DNA from: Octopus bimaculoides
Taxonomy: Eukaryota
DNA: 64,000 nt
NCBI RefSeq assembly: GCF_001194135.2
Contig: NC_068984.1
Span: forward strand, 55,820,346-55,884,345
Reading direction: 5' to 3'
Position 1 is the first letter of the stretch; each line of letters starts with the position of its first letter. Under the pieces are notes generated by a model. The model worked only from the letters and a program-made list of their open reading frames with translations. It was not told the origin of the DNA and made no database searches. The position numbers and the translations under genes are program-made. Positions 16,696 through 30,475 of this stretch are shown piece by piece.

Positions 16696-17114
16696 GTTTT
16701 CTCTGAGAATTCTTAAAGTATTTCTTAATATGACCTCAGTGTCAAACATCCCGCGTTTAGAATATGATAACTTCCTGCCTAAATACCTAATCTACGAAGA
16801 ATCAGTAGAACTCTAAAGTATTAAGATGAAATCTAGCCTTCTCTATCGTACGCTTTGATAAACACATTACCTTTTCATCAGAGAGTACCTTATCTCTCTC
16901 TCTCTTTCTCTCCCTCTCTTTTTCCTACTCTCTCAAAATTCCAACAGTTTCCTTTCATAATTATTGGTTTAACTTCGACTAGATTCAAAAGCAGTATATT
17001 TTTAAAAGGAAACGGATTAGGAAGCTGCTAAGTTCCTTTCTCAAAACCTCTAGTGTATTAAATGAAACTCATTGAACCTTGAACGGGAAAACGTGGTAGA
17101 TCAGGTAGGCTCGC

Positions 17115-17426
17115 TAGGAGTAATTAGCAAGATCACATCTGCTCATATTTATAACAATGGGAAGTTATATTCTAATATTGATAATACGAATGACTAGATT
17201 TACAATTTATGTTTATTTGTAATACATTTCACTTCTGATCGCTATCTAGGCAAAGAACATTAAGTAGCATTACTTTAACGATATTATGTTTAGTCATTGC
17301 ATAGAGAGCTCAAAAATGACAAACAGTAGCGCCGTTGATGACAGGTTTCAACGACGCTTATTGCATTTCCGTCTGCGTGAGTGACAAGGGAGCTTCTGCG
17401 TAACTCAGTGCAGAACAACTGTAATC

Positions 17427-17486
<60 letters not shown>

Positions 17487-18330
17487 CGTTTGTGTGTGTA
17501 TGCATTTATGTGCTTATGTGTATCTATGTGTATGTACCTTTATGTTTTTATCTACCCCCCCCCCACACACTTATCACGTGATAACCGGAGAACTTAGCAG
17601 TTCCGCGAACTAACCTACAGCGTAAGTGCCAGACTCAAGAAGAACAAGAAATACTGGAGTTGATTTATTCGACTAAAACCCTTTACATGGTGCCCTATCT
17701 TGGCCGCAGTCCAATGACTGACTCAGTCAGGTGTATATGATATACAAACATATTCTTACAACTGGAATTAATTTACACTTTAAAATATTCTACAATATGT
17801 TGGCGGACACCGTAAAGAAAAAGGTAAGCTCCAGCTGTATCGATTACATAACGCAGGGTTTCATACCAGCTTTAAATCATATGATGTTATTTCGGCATCT
17901 TTAGATCCTAATTAAAATGAATCCTACAGCTTATATATTTTATATGAATGTAATTCACAAGAAGGCCGAATATAACACGAAAGAAAGATACAAGTTTACT
18001 AGGGAAAATTTCCAACAGAAATATTCAATAACTAATAAAGAAAATTATAATGCTTCCTTTTAGGTATTTCATGCTAATTATTGCTTAACAGACTATTAAT
18101 AATATTATCATTAATAATTTCAGCGTTATTCTGTCTTCCTATATTTGATGATGAGCTGGGAGTAATTAGCAAGATTACATCCGTTCATATTGATAACAAT
18201 GAGAAACGATAATCTAATGTTGATAATGCCAATGATTAGAGTATTTACAATTAATGACTATTTTATAATTAGATTGGCAATACATTTGATTGCTGATGAC
18301 TAGATAGGCACAGGCCGTTGAGTAGCCTCA
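17115..18330 (+). repeat. Diverged direct duplication (17115-17270 vs 18157-18330)
   Basis: GGAGTAATTAGCAAGAT.ACATC.G.TCATATT.ATAACAATG.GAA is shared, and similarity continues for ~150 bp. Confidence 0.8.
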
Positions 18331-18697
18331 TTTCAGAATTTATTGAGATATGCATTTCCCTATGGCGTTAGGAGATAAATAGTGATGAACAATAACATGG
18401 CTGATGGCAGATTTCTTATAGTCTGTTGTTAGCTAACTGCACTTTTGACGGAGTAACAAGGAATTGCAGGACAAATATTATGTGGAACCTCGTTTGAAAA
18501 TCACTACTTTTTCAGCATTCGTGCAGGCACTTATATTCTTTGGTGATACATACATACATGCATACTTACATACATACACACACGCACGCACACACTCACA
18601 CACACACACATACATATATACATATACATANNNNNNNNNNNNNNNNNNNNNNNNNNNNNNNNNNNNNNNNNNNNNNNNNNNNNNNNNNNNNNNNNNN

Positions 18698-18739
<42 letters not shown>

Positions 18740-18784
18740 GTATATTATATATGTGTGTATGGGGTGTATACACACACACACATA

Positions 18785-19420
18785 CAGGGTGTTCAGAATA
18801 AATTTGACGATCTTTTGTGTCTCCTTTTTTTTTTCAGGAACAGTTTGATGTATCACTGAACTTTCAACGGCACTGGAGAGCAGAAAGATTAAAGTTGTAG
18901 TTGAGAAAAAGTTAGTTAACATGGAGGACTGGAAGCCATCTGAATACTGGAAAAGAGTTACCTGTATCATGATGACTCGCGCCGGGTATCAAAATGCCGA
19001 CATTATGACTGCAGCTCAATGTCCTGTGAATACTGTAAAAGCTATAAAACGTGACGTGGGCACCTGCAACAGAAACTGCGAAGCCGTGTCCAACAGGAAG
19101 AGATACTGTAGGCGTTCTGACTGCGTCCGCGCGATGGATTACTTCTCGACATCTTCGAACAGAGCATTAAACTCAATCCAGACGGCTGTGTGAAGCTGCT
19201 AGAGACTGCAGTCAATCCCTGGCTGGAGACGTTTGCTGGTCAACAGCCATATATATGACAGCAGGCTTTGGCTTCTTGCCTTCCCTCCGAAAGATTGTTC
19301 AAGAATTTCTACGACTTCACCAGCTCTAATTTCTGGCCTCCTAATTCACCCGATAGTAATCCCGTGGATTAATATGCATGGGGCGCAGTTGGCAACGACA
19401 CCAACCGCTCTGAGTAGTTG
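18785..19420 (+). mobile_element. Tc1/mariner (maT-like) relic, different subfamily
   Basis: TA-CAGGGTG terminus. N-terminal HTH-like ORF 18921-19193. Downstream FWPPNSPDSNPVD*YAWGAV motif. Confidence 0.8.
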
Positions 19421-19521
19421 ATGAAGTATACACACATGCAGATGAACACAGACGTGTGCGCGCAGATAAACACACAACCATTAGATTTATATATATGTAT
19501 GCATGTATGTATGTGTGTATG

Positions 19522-20077
19522 TAAGTATATTAAGTATATGATTTTAAGTGATGTAACGAAATACGACAAATTCAGTCATATTCTTTTTTTTGTAAATGGA
19601 GGAGATTAGATGTTAATATGGAGTAAAATATATCTTATTCATTTCGCTATACGATCGTTTCGTACAGAAAGACAATAAATTCATTTTAAGAATAAGAAAC
19701 TAAAGAAAAAAGGGGACTTTAGAGTTACATAGGTATGGTATTCTTATTAATTCTTGTAATGTGTAATTGTTCTTCGGTGTGTGTTAAACAGACATGATTC
19801 CAAGAACAATTACACATTACAAAAATTATTAAGAACACCATACCCATGTAACTCTAAGGTCTCTCATTTTCTCTTATTGTACTACCGGTGAGTGCTCTTT
19901 GACAACTCAGATTATTAAAATGAATTTATTGTCTTTCTGTACGAAACGATCGAATAGCGAAATTAATAAAAAAATATTTTATTCCATATTAACATCTAAT
20001 CTCCTCCATTTTCGAAAATTATGATTGAATTTGTCGAACTTCGTTCTATAATTTAAATCATATACTTAATATACTTA
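19522..20077. repeat. Foldback/MITE-like palindrome with ~260-280-bp arms and ~20-nt loop
   Basis: Arms pair from TAAGTATATTAAG to CTTAATATACTTA. One arm carries an insertion. TA at both ends. Confidence 0.9.
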
Positions 20078-20188
20078 TATAACCTTTCATATCTACGCCA
20101 ATATTCAAAGTAAAGTATGAAAAAATCAACGTTAGAAATCTTTTGGAAACTACTCCAAGTAAAAGACGAATCCACATTCAACCCTTTT

Positions 20189-20238
<50 letters not shown>

Positions 20239-21369
20239 CGTATGTATATATGTGCGTGTGTGTGTGTGTGTATACACCTATACATATATGGGTGTATGTG
20301 CATATGTATGTATGTATGCGTACGCTTACACTTATATGTATGTATATGTGTCTACATATATATATAAATATATATATATTCGTTTCTGATGTAGACATGC
20401 CATCTGTGTTTGATATATAGTGTATCTAGGCACTGCATTGTCTAAAATATGCTTCGTATTTTAAATCGATTGAGTATGATTTGATGAAGATTTGCTTGTT
20501 ACTTCTAGCAGGGTGACTGATTATGTAGAGGCTCCTTTATTGGCTAATTTAATTTGATAGAATAGGTTGGCATATTCTTTTGAATTATATATTATATATT
20601 TCTACTGATGAAAGGAATCGAGAAGTACAAAATTAAACACCATAAGGTATTTAGTTGGCCATCCCTTTCTATAGAAATGTATTTCATAACGCAACCATAT
20701 CATAAAAAAAATTCATAAATTGCAGCGCATATTGCAATAGCAATAATCACTATAAATTATACCTCTGTTTCCTACAAGCAACGTTATAATTTATACTTAC
20801 CAATACAATATGCTGGTTAAATTTATGAATCTGGTATATTTTCTCATCGCCCTCTCTTTCACTCTCTCTGCCTCTCTCTCTCCCTTCTATCTTTCTCTCT
20901 TCCTCTCTCCCCACATCCCTCTCCCTGCCCCATCCTTCTCTCTCTTCCCCTCTTCATCTCTCCCGCCCTCTCTCTCTCTCTCTTTGTCTTTGAATATGCT
21001 AACTACATTATTCTTGCAGAGTATTATTTCAAAGTGTAATACATACGCACCCACACATACATGTTCAGATACGTGTGCATAAAGTGGTGCGCATGTGTGC
21101 ATATAAATTTGGATATATATATATATATGCATGTTGGTATANNNNNNNNNNNNNNNNNNNNNNNNNNNNNNNNNNNNNNNNNNNNNNNNNNNNNNNNNNN
21201 NNNNNNNNNNNNNNNNNNNNNNNNNNNNNNNNATATATATATATACATATATGCATGTTGGTATATGTATGCATAATATTTGTATATACATACACACACA
21301 TGCCTACATAGAAATGTGTGTATGTATGAGTCAATGGGAACCCACTTTCATCTCCCTATAGTATATAAA

Positions 21370-22090
21370 TGTGCTGAGGTATGTATCGTGGCGGGCATCG
21401 TTGGAGAGGACGGAAAGTGGTAAGGGAAAGAATTAATGAAGTCGGCAGCACATCAGAGCAGATACAATGCGAGTCAAAGAGAAGTCCATCACCAAATACC
21501 ACGATGTTGTGATCTGGCAAGAAGATACTACTGCAAGAGACGAAAGACAGATGGAATCTGATAAGTGGTCAGTTTAGTCAACTTTGCCGATGTCAAGAGA
21601 AACAACACTGATTTCATTAAATTTTTCAAAAGAACCCACTGGTGAATGACATAGAAAGTTGATTCCCAGATCTGGCTTTTCGAAAGCTATGCTAATAGTC
21701 ATTAGGAGGAAGAGAGGTTCAATGTGTTGGATAAAGTTTCTTTTGATGGCTGTCAGTATCCACCAATGTAGTGATATTCAAACTGAGTGCAATACTAAGT
21801 TACATAACAAGATCAGAGAGGGTTACTCTTCTTATGAACAGGATACGCGATAGAGTGTTTCCAGAGATCGGGATGTGCCTCTGTAGGGAGACAGAGGATG
21901 AAAAGTTTGTTGAGCATATGAACCAGCTCTTAGTTGCATTGTTTGAGTGTAATAGGAAGAACAGTTTTGTGACCTGTACCCTTATTGATTTAAAAGGACC
22001 AGAGTTACTGTCGCACGTTTATGTGTGTGAGTGTCGTGTGCATATTGGTGAACAGGGCAGAGTGAAAAGAGAACATTTTTCACGATAATT
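21370..22090 (+). mobile_element. Highly degenerate LINE-like remnant (possibly RTE)
   Basis: Purine-rich, raised-GC block with short RTE-like peptide traces (WRASLER...). Many stops and no clean motif. Confidence 0.3.
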
Positions 22091-23522
22091 ATATAAAGAG
22101 TGCAGTGAGGGATGCAAACAAGCAGTAAATGTATAGGTTCTCTCTGATTGTGCAAACTTATAATCAAACATGCTCCAACCGTAATCATTCCGTATTTTTG
22201 TATTGCTAGGACTACATTGTCCAAATTGTATTTTTTTTATGATGATATGGTGCAATGGAGGGAATTTGGTCACGATTCATTCCAGCTATTTGAATTCCCT
22301 TGCTATATCAAAGAAACTATGATTTCAACATGACACAAGAAAGTATAGAGTATCATGTTATAAGCCTATGTAAGTGTGGTGTGAATAGCAGATAAAGCAC
22401 CAATATAGAATCCGCTTATTAACCCGCTAAACTAACGATTAAAAATTTGGATAACTTTAACATGTTGAGAGAGAAATATATTGTGCTGATAATGTTCTTA
22501 CAATAACAACTCAACGCTCAAACGTAACGACTTAGTGAATCTAAGCGAAACCCAGAGTAATGTTTCACCTTCAAACATGATGGAGAATAGTTAATGCTTC
22601 CATGTTTATATTTTAAGAAAGCCAACTGTGTATTTACTTTTTAACCAAAGGAAAAACATTTAGGAACGGTTATTTTAAATTGCGACACTATATGAACATA
22701 TGAATCACATGAAAGTGCTTAATGGTAATAAAACTTCAGTCTGTCTGCAGTAATAAGGGGATGAGATAAAAAAAAGACAGTCATTGTCTGGTTACCAAAT
22801 TAGTCTATCCCAGGAAACTAATGTGGTCTATCCCTAATAAAACATTATCTGCTAACGACTAGCAACGAATGACATAAAATAAATGAGCTAAATCTTTACA
22901 ACTAACTTAGCTGCATGGCATTTATCTACTACGCTCAGAGACACAATTTTATGTAACAATTATGAATTCAGTCATGAAATGATAATCAAGTAGTATATTA
23001 ATTTTGTGAATATACGTTATTCAGGTAACGTTATTCAGTTGCTTCAAAATATTATCACGACATTATACAAAATTTAATTAATGTTGAACTTCATAAAATT
23101 CTATAAAGGTCTATCGGATATTCACCGACTTTCTTTCAAACGTTATGTGGCTATTTAGATCTCTAGCAGCTCAGTTTGTTTCGAAAGATAATTAATATCC
23201 TTTCTAAATCTAAGACAAGATTTCAGAAAATGCAATTCAACATTCAAAGCAAGTTGCAAAAGCATTTACGTACACTCTCAATTAGTCAGTTATATACATA
23301 CACATATACATAGAATAGTGCGAATATTATGTATGTGTATATTTAACGTAATCACATATACTGAACTCATCTGTATATGTATACAAGTATATATGAGTGT
23401 GTGTGCGTATACTTATAGGTAATATATACACGTATATGGTTATATTGAGAGACATATATATGTACGTATACATTTATACATATGTGTACATATATATATA
23501 TATGTCACGTACACAGACACAT

Positions 23523-23561
<39 letters not shown>

Positions 23562-24211
23562 NNNNNNNNNNNNNNNNNNNNNNNNNNNNNNNNNNNNNNN
23601 NNNNNNNNNNTATATATACATGTATACATATATATATATATATATGTAAGTGTGTATGTAGTAATACATTCGATACTTTAAAATCCATTATCTGCTATAT
23701 AATAACATGATACGAATTTGTTATTTTAGTTCTTTGTTTCGTTTCTTTCAATAATATCAAACATTACTTTTGATGTATGTCTGACAAAAGACTAACTTAT
23801 TTACTATATACAGCTCAGTAAATTACTGTCTGGCTTAACAGTGTATCATATACCAAAAATAATCTCTTGCTAAAATTCAAAGTATCATGGAAATTTCGTT
23901 TCACTAAATCTCATGCTGAGTGATTGTGTCTTGCCGTATCTCGAGTACACAAACACATATACAAGTATACACATTCTTCTGTCATATATGTGAATATAAT
24001 ATGCAATGTAAGTTAGAAATGCATTACAATGCAAAATTTGAGAATATTCACAAAGAGATTGTTTCCAGACTATTTAAATAGATTTGAAAAAACCATATAC
24101 CTATTAATTTATACTTTTGATATGATCACAAACATTTTACTCGAAATCTGCAAACTGCAAAATTCAGTGTTATATAAATAAACTATATCTTAAATAAATT
24201 GTATCATAGAA

Positions 24212-24265
<54 letters not shown>

Positions 24266-24293
24266 GGATAGACAGACAGACAGACAGACAGAC

Positions 24294-24344
<51 letters not shown>

Positions 24345-24394
24345 CAGACATGCATTTATACATAGACACATATAAATGCGTGTATATGTGTGGA

Positions 24395-24497
<103 letters not shown>

Positions 24498-25087
24498 TCA
24501 AGGTGCATATGGTACTTAAGTTTAGGCACCAGAATTAAGTATGGTATTATCCATACAATTCCAAACTAAGNNNNNNNNNNNNNNNNNNNNNNNNNNNNNN
24601 NNNNNNNNNNNNNNNNNNNNNNNNNNNNNNNNNNNNNNNNNNNNNNNNNNNNNNNNNNNNNNNNNNNNNNNNNNNNNNNNNNNNNNNNNNNNNNNNNNNN
24701 NNNNNNNNNNNNNNNNNNNNNNNNNNNNNNNNNNNNNNNNNNNNNNNNNNNNNNNNNNNNNNNNNNNNNNNNNNNNNNNNNNNNNNNNNNNNNNNNNNNN
24801 NNNNNNNNNNNNNNNNNNNNNNNNNNNNNNNNNNNNNNNNNNNNNNNNNNNNNNNNNNNNNNNNNNNNNNNNNNNNNNNNNNNNNNNNNNNNNNNNNNNN
24901 NNNNNNNNNNNNNNNNNNNNNNNNNNNNNNNNNNNNNNNNNNNNNNNNNNNNNNNNNNNNNNNNNNNNNNNNNNNNNNNNNNNNNNNNNNNNNNNNNNNN
25001 NNNNNNNNNNNNNNNNNNNNNNNNNNNNNNNNNNNNNNNNNNNNNNNNNNNNNNNNNNNNNNNNNNNNNNNATATATATATAATATA

Positions 25088-25898
25088 CACTGTGTCCCTG
25101 GGTTTCAATTTTTAATAACTTCCTTAACTTTACAACCAAATGCATAAAAATTTGATACAATATAAAGAACATAATGGAAATTAATATACATAAGTTAAAT
25201 TTTGCAACTTTACTACATCGCATATGAAAAATGACATCGCTTATATGGCAGCCATTTTCGGATTCGCACGCCCGTGTGCTTTCCACTTCTCTGATTTCTC
25301 TATTGATATTCCCCTTCAGTTGCACCAGAGTCTCCAGTTTGTTGCCAGTTTGTTGATGTAAACTCACTTTTAGGTATCCCCCTCAAGAAAAATCTGGGCT
25401 AGTCAACTCTGTGGAACGTGAAGGTCAGTTGACATTGCCGTAGCGGGAGATTATTCTCTATCCAAAACACTGCCGTAGCAACTGCATTGTTTCTCTTGCG
25501 GTATAAGCAGTTACCCCATTTTGCCGGAACCATGTGTGAGGTCTACTTTAAATGGCCTTCACGTGGGGATACCTGAAAGAGAGAGTTTATGTCAACAAAC
25601 CAAAGACCCTGGTGCAACTGAAGGAGAACATCAATAGAGAAATCAGAGAAGTGGGATCTGAAACTCTTGAGGATGTTATGGTGCAAGTTTTGGAAAGAGC
25701 ACGGATGTACGAAGCTGAAAATAGATACCATTTAAGCGATGTCATTTTTCATGTGATGTAGTGGTGTTGCAAAACTTGACTTGTGCGTATTAATTTCCAT
25801 TATGTCCTTTATATTATATCAAAGTTACACGCATTTATTTGTAAAGTTAAGGAAGTTATTAAAAATTAAAGCCTATCAGTGACTTTTAGGACACTATG
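25088..25898. mobile_element. Foldback element made of two head-to-head 3' halves of a DD41D (rosa-like) Tc1/mariner transposon
   Basis: Both ends are TA-flanked with matching termini (CACTGTGTCC / CATAGTGTCC). The right arm encodes WGYLKERVYVNKPKTLVQLKENINREIRE...HLSDVIFH on +, and the left arm encodes the same region on -, extending to WFQQNGVTAYTARETMQ...PSRSTELTSPDFF (41-residue spacing). Confidence 0.85.
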
Positions 25899-26818
25899 TA
25901 TATATGCATGTATGTATGTATGTATGTATGTTTGGTTAATGTATTGCCATACTTCCAGAAACCCTTACAAACGTAGTACAGAATAATCACAGCAAAATAG
26001 AGGATTTCTTTGTTATAATTAAATTACTGTGGCCCTGTTTGATCTAATCTTATTCTTTTAAACCTTTATTTTTTTCTTTCTTTTCAATTTTGTAATTCTA
26101 CCGCAATTTTTAAAAGTTTTATGCCGTATTCTTTTCCTTTAAGCTTTGTCATTGCATTTTAATGTTTTCTTTCCAGTATAATTAAGTAGAGGAAGTTGTC
26201 TATTTTAAGACTAATCATTCTGATTAGTTGAATTATTTATCACCTCCAAAGAAGGGAAAGATTTGTTTAATTCGTGATTAAGTTCACATAGCTTCATGAT
26301 TATCAAGATGAAGGTGACGAAAATATGATTACATACTTTATTAATTTCAATACATGAAATAAATAACCAAATAAAACTGATTTGTGGATAACAAAATAAG
26401 TGTCAACATAGAAATATCTAGGTTGTCACTGAACCGGTTAGAAATAGCAACCGAGTTTTCTTTCGATTACACTTAACGTTTTTTTTTTTTATAAACAAAG
26501 AAAGCAGGAAGCAGTGGACAATGTAGTTCTGAAAATAAAAATGCCTGAAAACAAACAAAGGGCATATCAAAGCAGGAGTATTTTTATATCTTACGCCTGT
26601 TTGATAAGAACTACTTTCGTCTAAACAATATAAGCAACTAGGTTTTATAGTAAAAACAGGAAAAGCGATAAATGAAAATTCACTAAACTAGCCACGAGTT
26701 ACAGAAAGCAGATAATCGCTTCCTTGTCGAAGTACGACAAGCAACGTCGAAATTTGTATCGATTTCTTCTTCCTTTTATATCACATTTTGTATCACAGTT
26801 AACTTTTACCAGACTTAC

Positions 26819-26853
26819 AATGTACGAACGTGGCAATGCTTCTACTGTTTTAT
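26819..26853 (-). CDS. Candidate 35-nt exon (D)KTVEALPRSYI
   Basis: Branch-like gactaat plus ttcag| acceptor and ATT|GTAAGT donor, phase 1 to 0. Confidence 0.35.
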
Positions 26854-26962
26854 CTGAAATTAGTCAATACATTTCTTTAAAATCATGAAATTGAAATATT
26901 GTTTTCCCGTGAACAATCATCAAACTTTGATCATATTGAAAATATATGAAATAATAGGAACA

Positions 26963-27381
26963 GATGTGGCTGTGAGATAAGATGTTTGCTTCACAACCGC
27001 ATAGTTCAGAGTTCAGTCCCATTCTGTAGCACCTTGATCAAGTGTCTTCAACTACAGCCCCAGGGCCAGAGCCAACCAGAGCCTTGAGTGGATTTGATAC
27101 ATGGAAACTGAAAAAGGTCCGTCGTACATGTTTGTATGAGTGTGTGTGTGTGATTGCGTGCGTGTGTGTGTGTGTGTGTGTGTCTGCGTGTTTGTGCTGG
27201 TGTTTGACAACCGGTTTTGACTTGTTTACGACCCGTAACTTAACGATGTGGCATAAGTTACTGATAAAATAAGTACCAGTCTTTAAAACAAACAAATTCC
27301 CAAGGTTGATTCGTTCGACTAAGATCCTTCAAGGTAGTGCTTCAGCATGGCCGCAGTCCAATGACTGAAACTGTAAAAGAA
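26963..27381 (+). mobile_element. Full-length octopus-type tRNA-derived SINE with internal (TG)n
   Basis: Head GTGGCTGTG..TAAGA..TTTGCTTC.CAACC...GTTCAGTCCCA, central microsatellite, and tail CAGCATGGCCGCAGTCCAATGACTGAAAC. Multiple copies occur in this window. Confidence 0.85.
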
Positions 27382-27799
27382 GATATGTTGAAATTGAAAT
27401 CAAGAATTTTTAAAAGGGAATTCTTTCCATATATCTTCGGAAAAAGATTGCCCTATATCCTTCATGTTCAGAAAGACTTGCTAACATCATCATTAGAACG
27501 AGGCCGATGCCTTATATCATTGTATTCTTAAATTTTCTTCCTGAATTTCTGTGACATATTTTTTTTTTGTATAAAAATATAGTTTATTTGAAATAATTTC
27601 ACAAGTCTTTGCAAACGTATGCATATATATACGAACGTGTGTCTATATATATCAAGAGTTGAACAGAAAGTACACAACAAGGATACGAAGTTAGACGAAA
27701 GCAGAGCAAACGGGAAACTAGACGAAAACTTAACGGACGGGAAATTTAGACAAGGACACGATACACGAAATATTCGTAGCTGAGTTTTCCTCGTCAGTC

Positions 27800-27835
<36 letters not shown>

Positions 27836-28614
27836 NNNNNNNNNNNNNNNNNNNNNNNNNNNNNNNNNNNNNNNNNNNNNNNNNNNNNNNNNNNNNNNNN
27901 NNNNNNNNNNNNNNNNNNNNNNNNNNNNNNNNNNNNNNNNNNNNNNNNNNNNNNNNNNNNNNNNNNNNNNNNNNNNNNNNNNNNNNNNNNNNNNNNNNNN
28001 NNNNNNNNNNNNNNNNNNNNNNNNNNNNNNNNNNNNNNNNNNNNNNNNNNNNNNNNNNNNNNNNNNNNNNNNNNNNNNNNNNNNNNNNNNNNNNNNNNNN
28101 NNNNNNNNNNNNNNNNNNNNNNNNNNNNNNNNNNNNNNNNNNNNNNNNNNNNNNNNNNNNNNNNNNNNNNNNNNNNNNNNNNNNNNNNNNNNNNNNNNNN
28201 NNNNNNNNNNNNNNNNNNNNNNNNNNNNNNNNNNNNNNNNNNNNNNNNNNNNNNNNNNNNNNNNNNNNNNNNNNNNNNNNNNNNNNNNNNNNNNNNNNNN
28301 NNNNNNNNNNNNNNNNNNNNNNNNNNNNNNNNNNNNNNNNNNNNNNNNNNNNNNNNNNNNNNNNNNNNNNNNNNNNNNNNNNNNNNNNNNNNNNNNNNNN
28401 NNNNNNNNNNNNNNNNNNNNNNNNNNNNNNNNNNNNNNNNNNNNNNNNNNNNNNNNNNNNNNNNNNNNNNNNNNNNNNNNNNNNNNNNNNNNNNNNNNNN
28501 NNNNNNNNNNNNNNNNNNNNNNNNNNNNNNNNNNNNNNNNNNNNNNNNNNNNNNNNNNNNNNNNNNNNNNNNNNNNNNNNNNNNNNNNNNNNNNNNNNNN
28601 NNNNNNNNNNNNNN

Positions 28615-28651
<37 letters not shown>

Positions 28652-29444
28652 CCACACACACACATACACACATGCAGACCTATAAGTGGGTCTGTGTCTG
28701 TGTTTGTGTGTATGTGTATGTATATGTGTGTGTGTATGCACCATCGATTCCACGCGTTCATTCTCCACAGTCTGTACGCAATTGTAGTTATTTTCAATTC
28801 TCCTCTGCGGTATTAAATGAGAGGTATAGTAACATAGTAATATAGTAATCGATAGATAATGTGTTATAGCAGATTTAGTTGTAATGACTAAGATCATCTA
28901 TTTCATGTCGTTGTGGGAAATAGATGTTAATCATAATAGGAACGATCATTTGTATATCATTCACTCAATGCTATAATCATCTCATCACTACCTTTGACTC
29001 GTCAGTGAAATGAATGTCCATTGAGATACTAATAAAGCTAAGCAAACTATTTTTGGGAAGATATGTTTTTTTTGCTTTGTTTTTTTGTTGATTTGGTTCT
29101 TTTATCTGAAAGAAGCATAGCTATTTAGTTCATCTATGTTGTTTTGCTGGTATTGTTGTTTAGCATCGGTTTAGCCCCGAGATTAAGCGGACTTATAATA
29201 AAAGACGTTTCAACTGTAATCATCTCGTTTCCGTTTCAGAAAGTGCACCTAATGTGACTTGGTGATTGTTAGTTCTAACAGTTAAAACAACTGCGTAAAG
29301 GTCTCCTTCAGTTGCTGGAATCTTCCTATTTCTCTGTCTCTGTCTTTCTGTCTCTCTCTTTCTATATATTTTTGCGTATATATATATATATATATATATA
29401 GTTTTAAATCTATGTATCTAGTTATCACTCTCTCTCTCTCCCTC

Positions 29445-29479
<35 letters not shown>

Positions 29480-29808
29480 CTCTATCTCTTTATCTCTCTC
29501 TCTTTCTCTATCTCTCTCTATGTGTGTGTGTGTATGTGTGTGTGTGTGTGTGTGAGTAAATAACAGCCTGAATATATTAAAGAACTCCACGATAATAAGG
29601 GCCGTCTGCCTATGTCCAATTTCGAAGTTACTAGCGAAAACAAAATTTTGAAGGAAATTGGAAAGAATTTATGTAGACAACAAAAGAGAGAAAGGCAACT
29701 GCTGCAGATGAAATTTCAGCATTAGAGTTAAAAGAACTAAATTGCATTAACCTAGTTATATTGTCATACAAATGTAATGTAATTTATGAATGGGGACACA
29801 TAGTGAAA

Positions 29809-29846
<38 letters not shown>

Positions 29847-30267
29847 ATTTGGGGATGGTCATATTGCCAGTTTAGCCAATAAAAACACACGCAGTGTATA
29901 TTTGGTGTTACTTTGCTTCAGCTTTATATTACATTACATTACATTAATCCTATTTCGGCCAGAGTTCTTTCGTCACACTTCTGTGACTTCATCAGTGGTC
30001 TTTTGCTTTCTTCTTTCTTATGTATGTCCCACCTTGCTAACTATCAACCATTTTGCATTTTCAAAACAAATATATATACATATATATATATATAAAGGAA
30101 TGAGAAAAAAACTGCACAGAATAAAGAAACTAATGAGTTACGCAACTGCACGGTTTCTAAAAGTTACTTAGAATATTACAGCAAAGTTGTTACATGCAGA
30201 AATAAGCTAACCACAGAATGGATTTAGACCGAAATAGGAATTCGGGAAGAAATATTTGACCAGAGAA

Positions 30268-30475
30268 AGGCGGCGAGAAAGTAGAATTGTTAGCACACCA
30301 GTCAAAATGCTTAGCGGCATTTCTTCCGTCCTTAAGTTCTAAGTCCCAATTCCGCCGAGGTCGACTTTGCCTTTCATCCTTCAGGGTCAATAGAATAAGT
30401 ACCAGCTAAGTACTAGGGTTAATGTAAACCATTTTCGCACTGCCCTGATTTTGCTGCCTTTACCTCAATTTGAAT
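30268..30475 (+). mobile_element. Nin/Deu-like SINE
   Basis: AAGGCGGCGAG...GAGGTCGACTTTGCCTTTCATCCTTCAGGGTCAATAGAATAAGTACCAG, same family as 4296-4507. Confidence 0.8.

Noticed and set aside
27770-27800. CTGACGAG on the minus strand, hammerhead-core-like
   Set aside because: No correctly placed stem II plus GAAA or NUH site follows.
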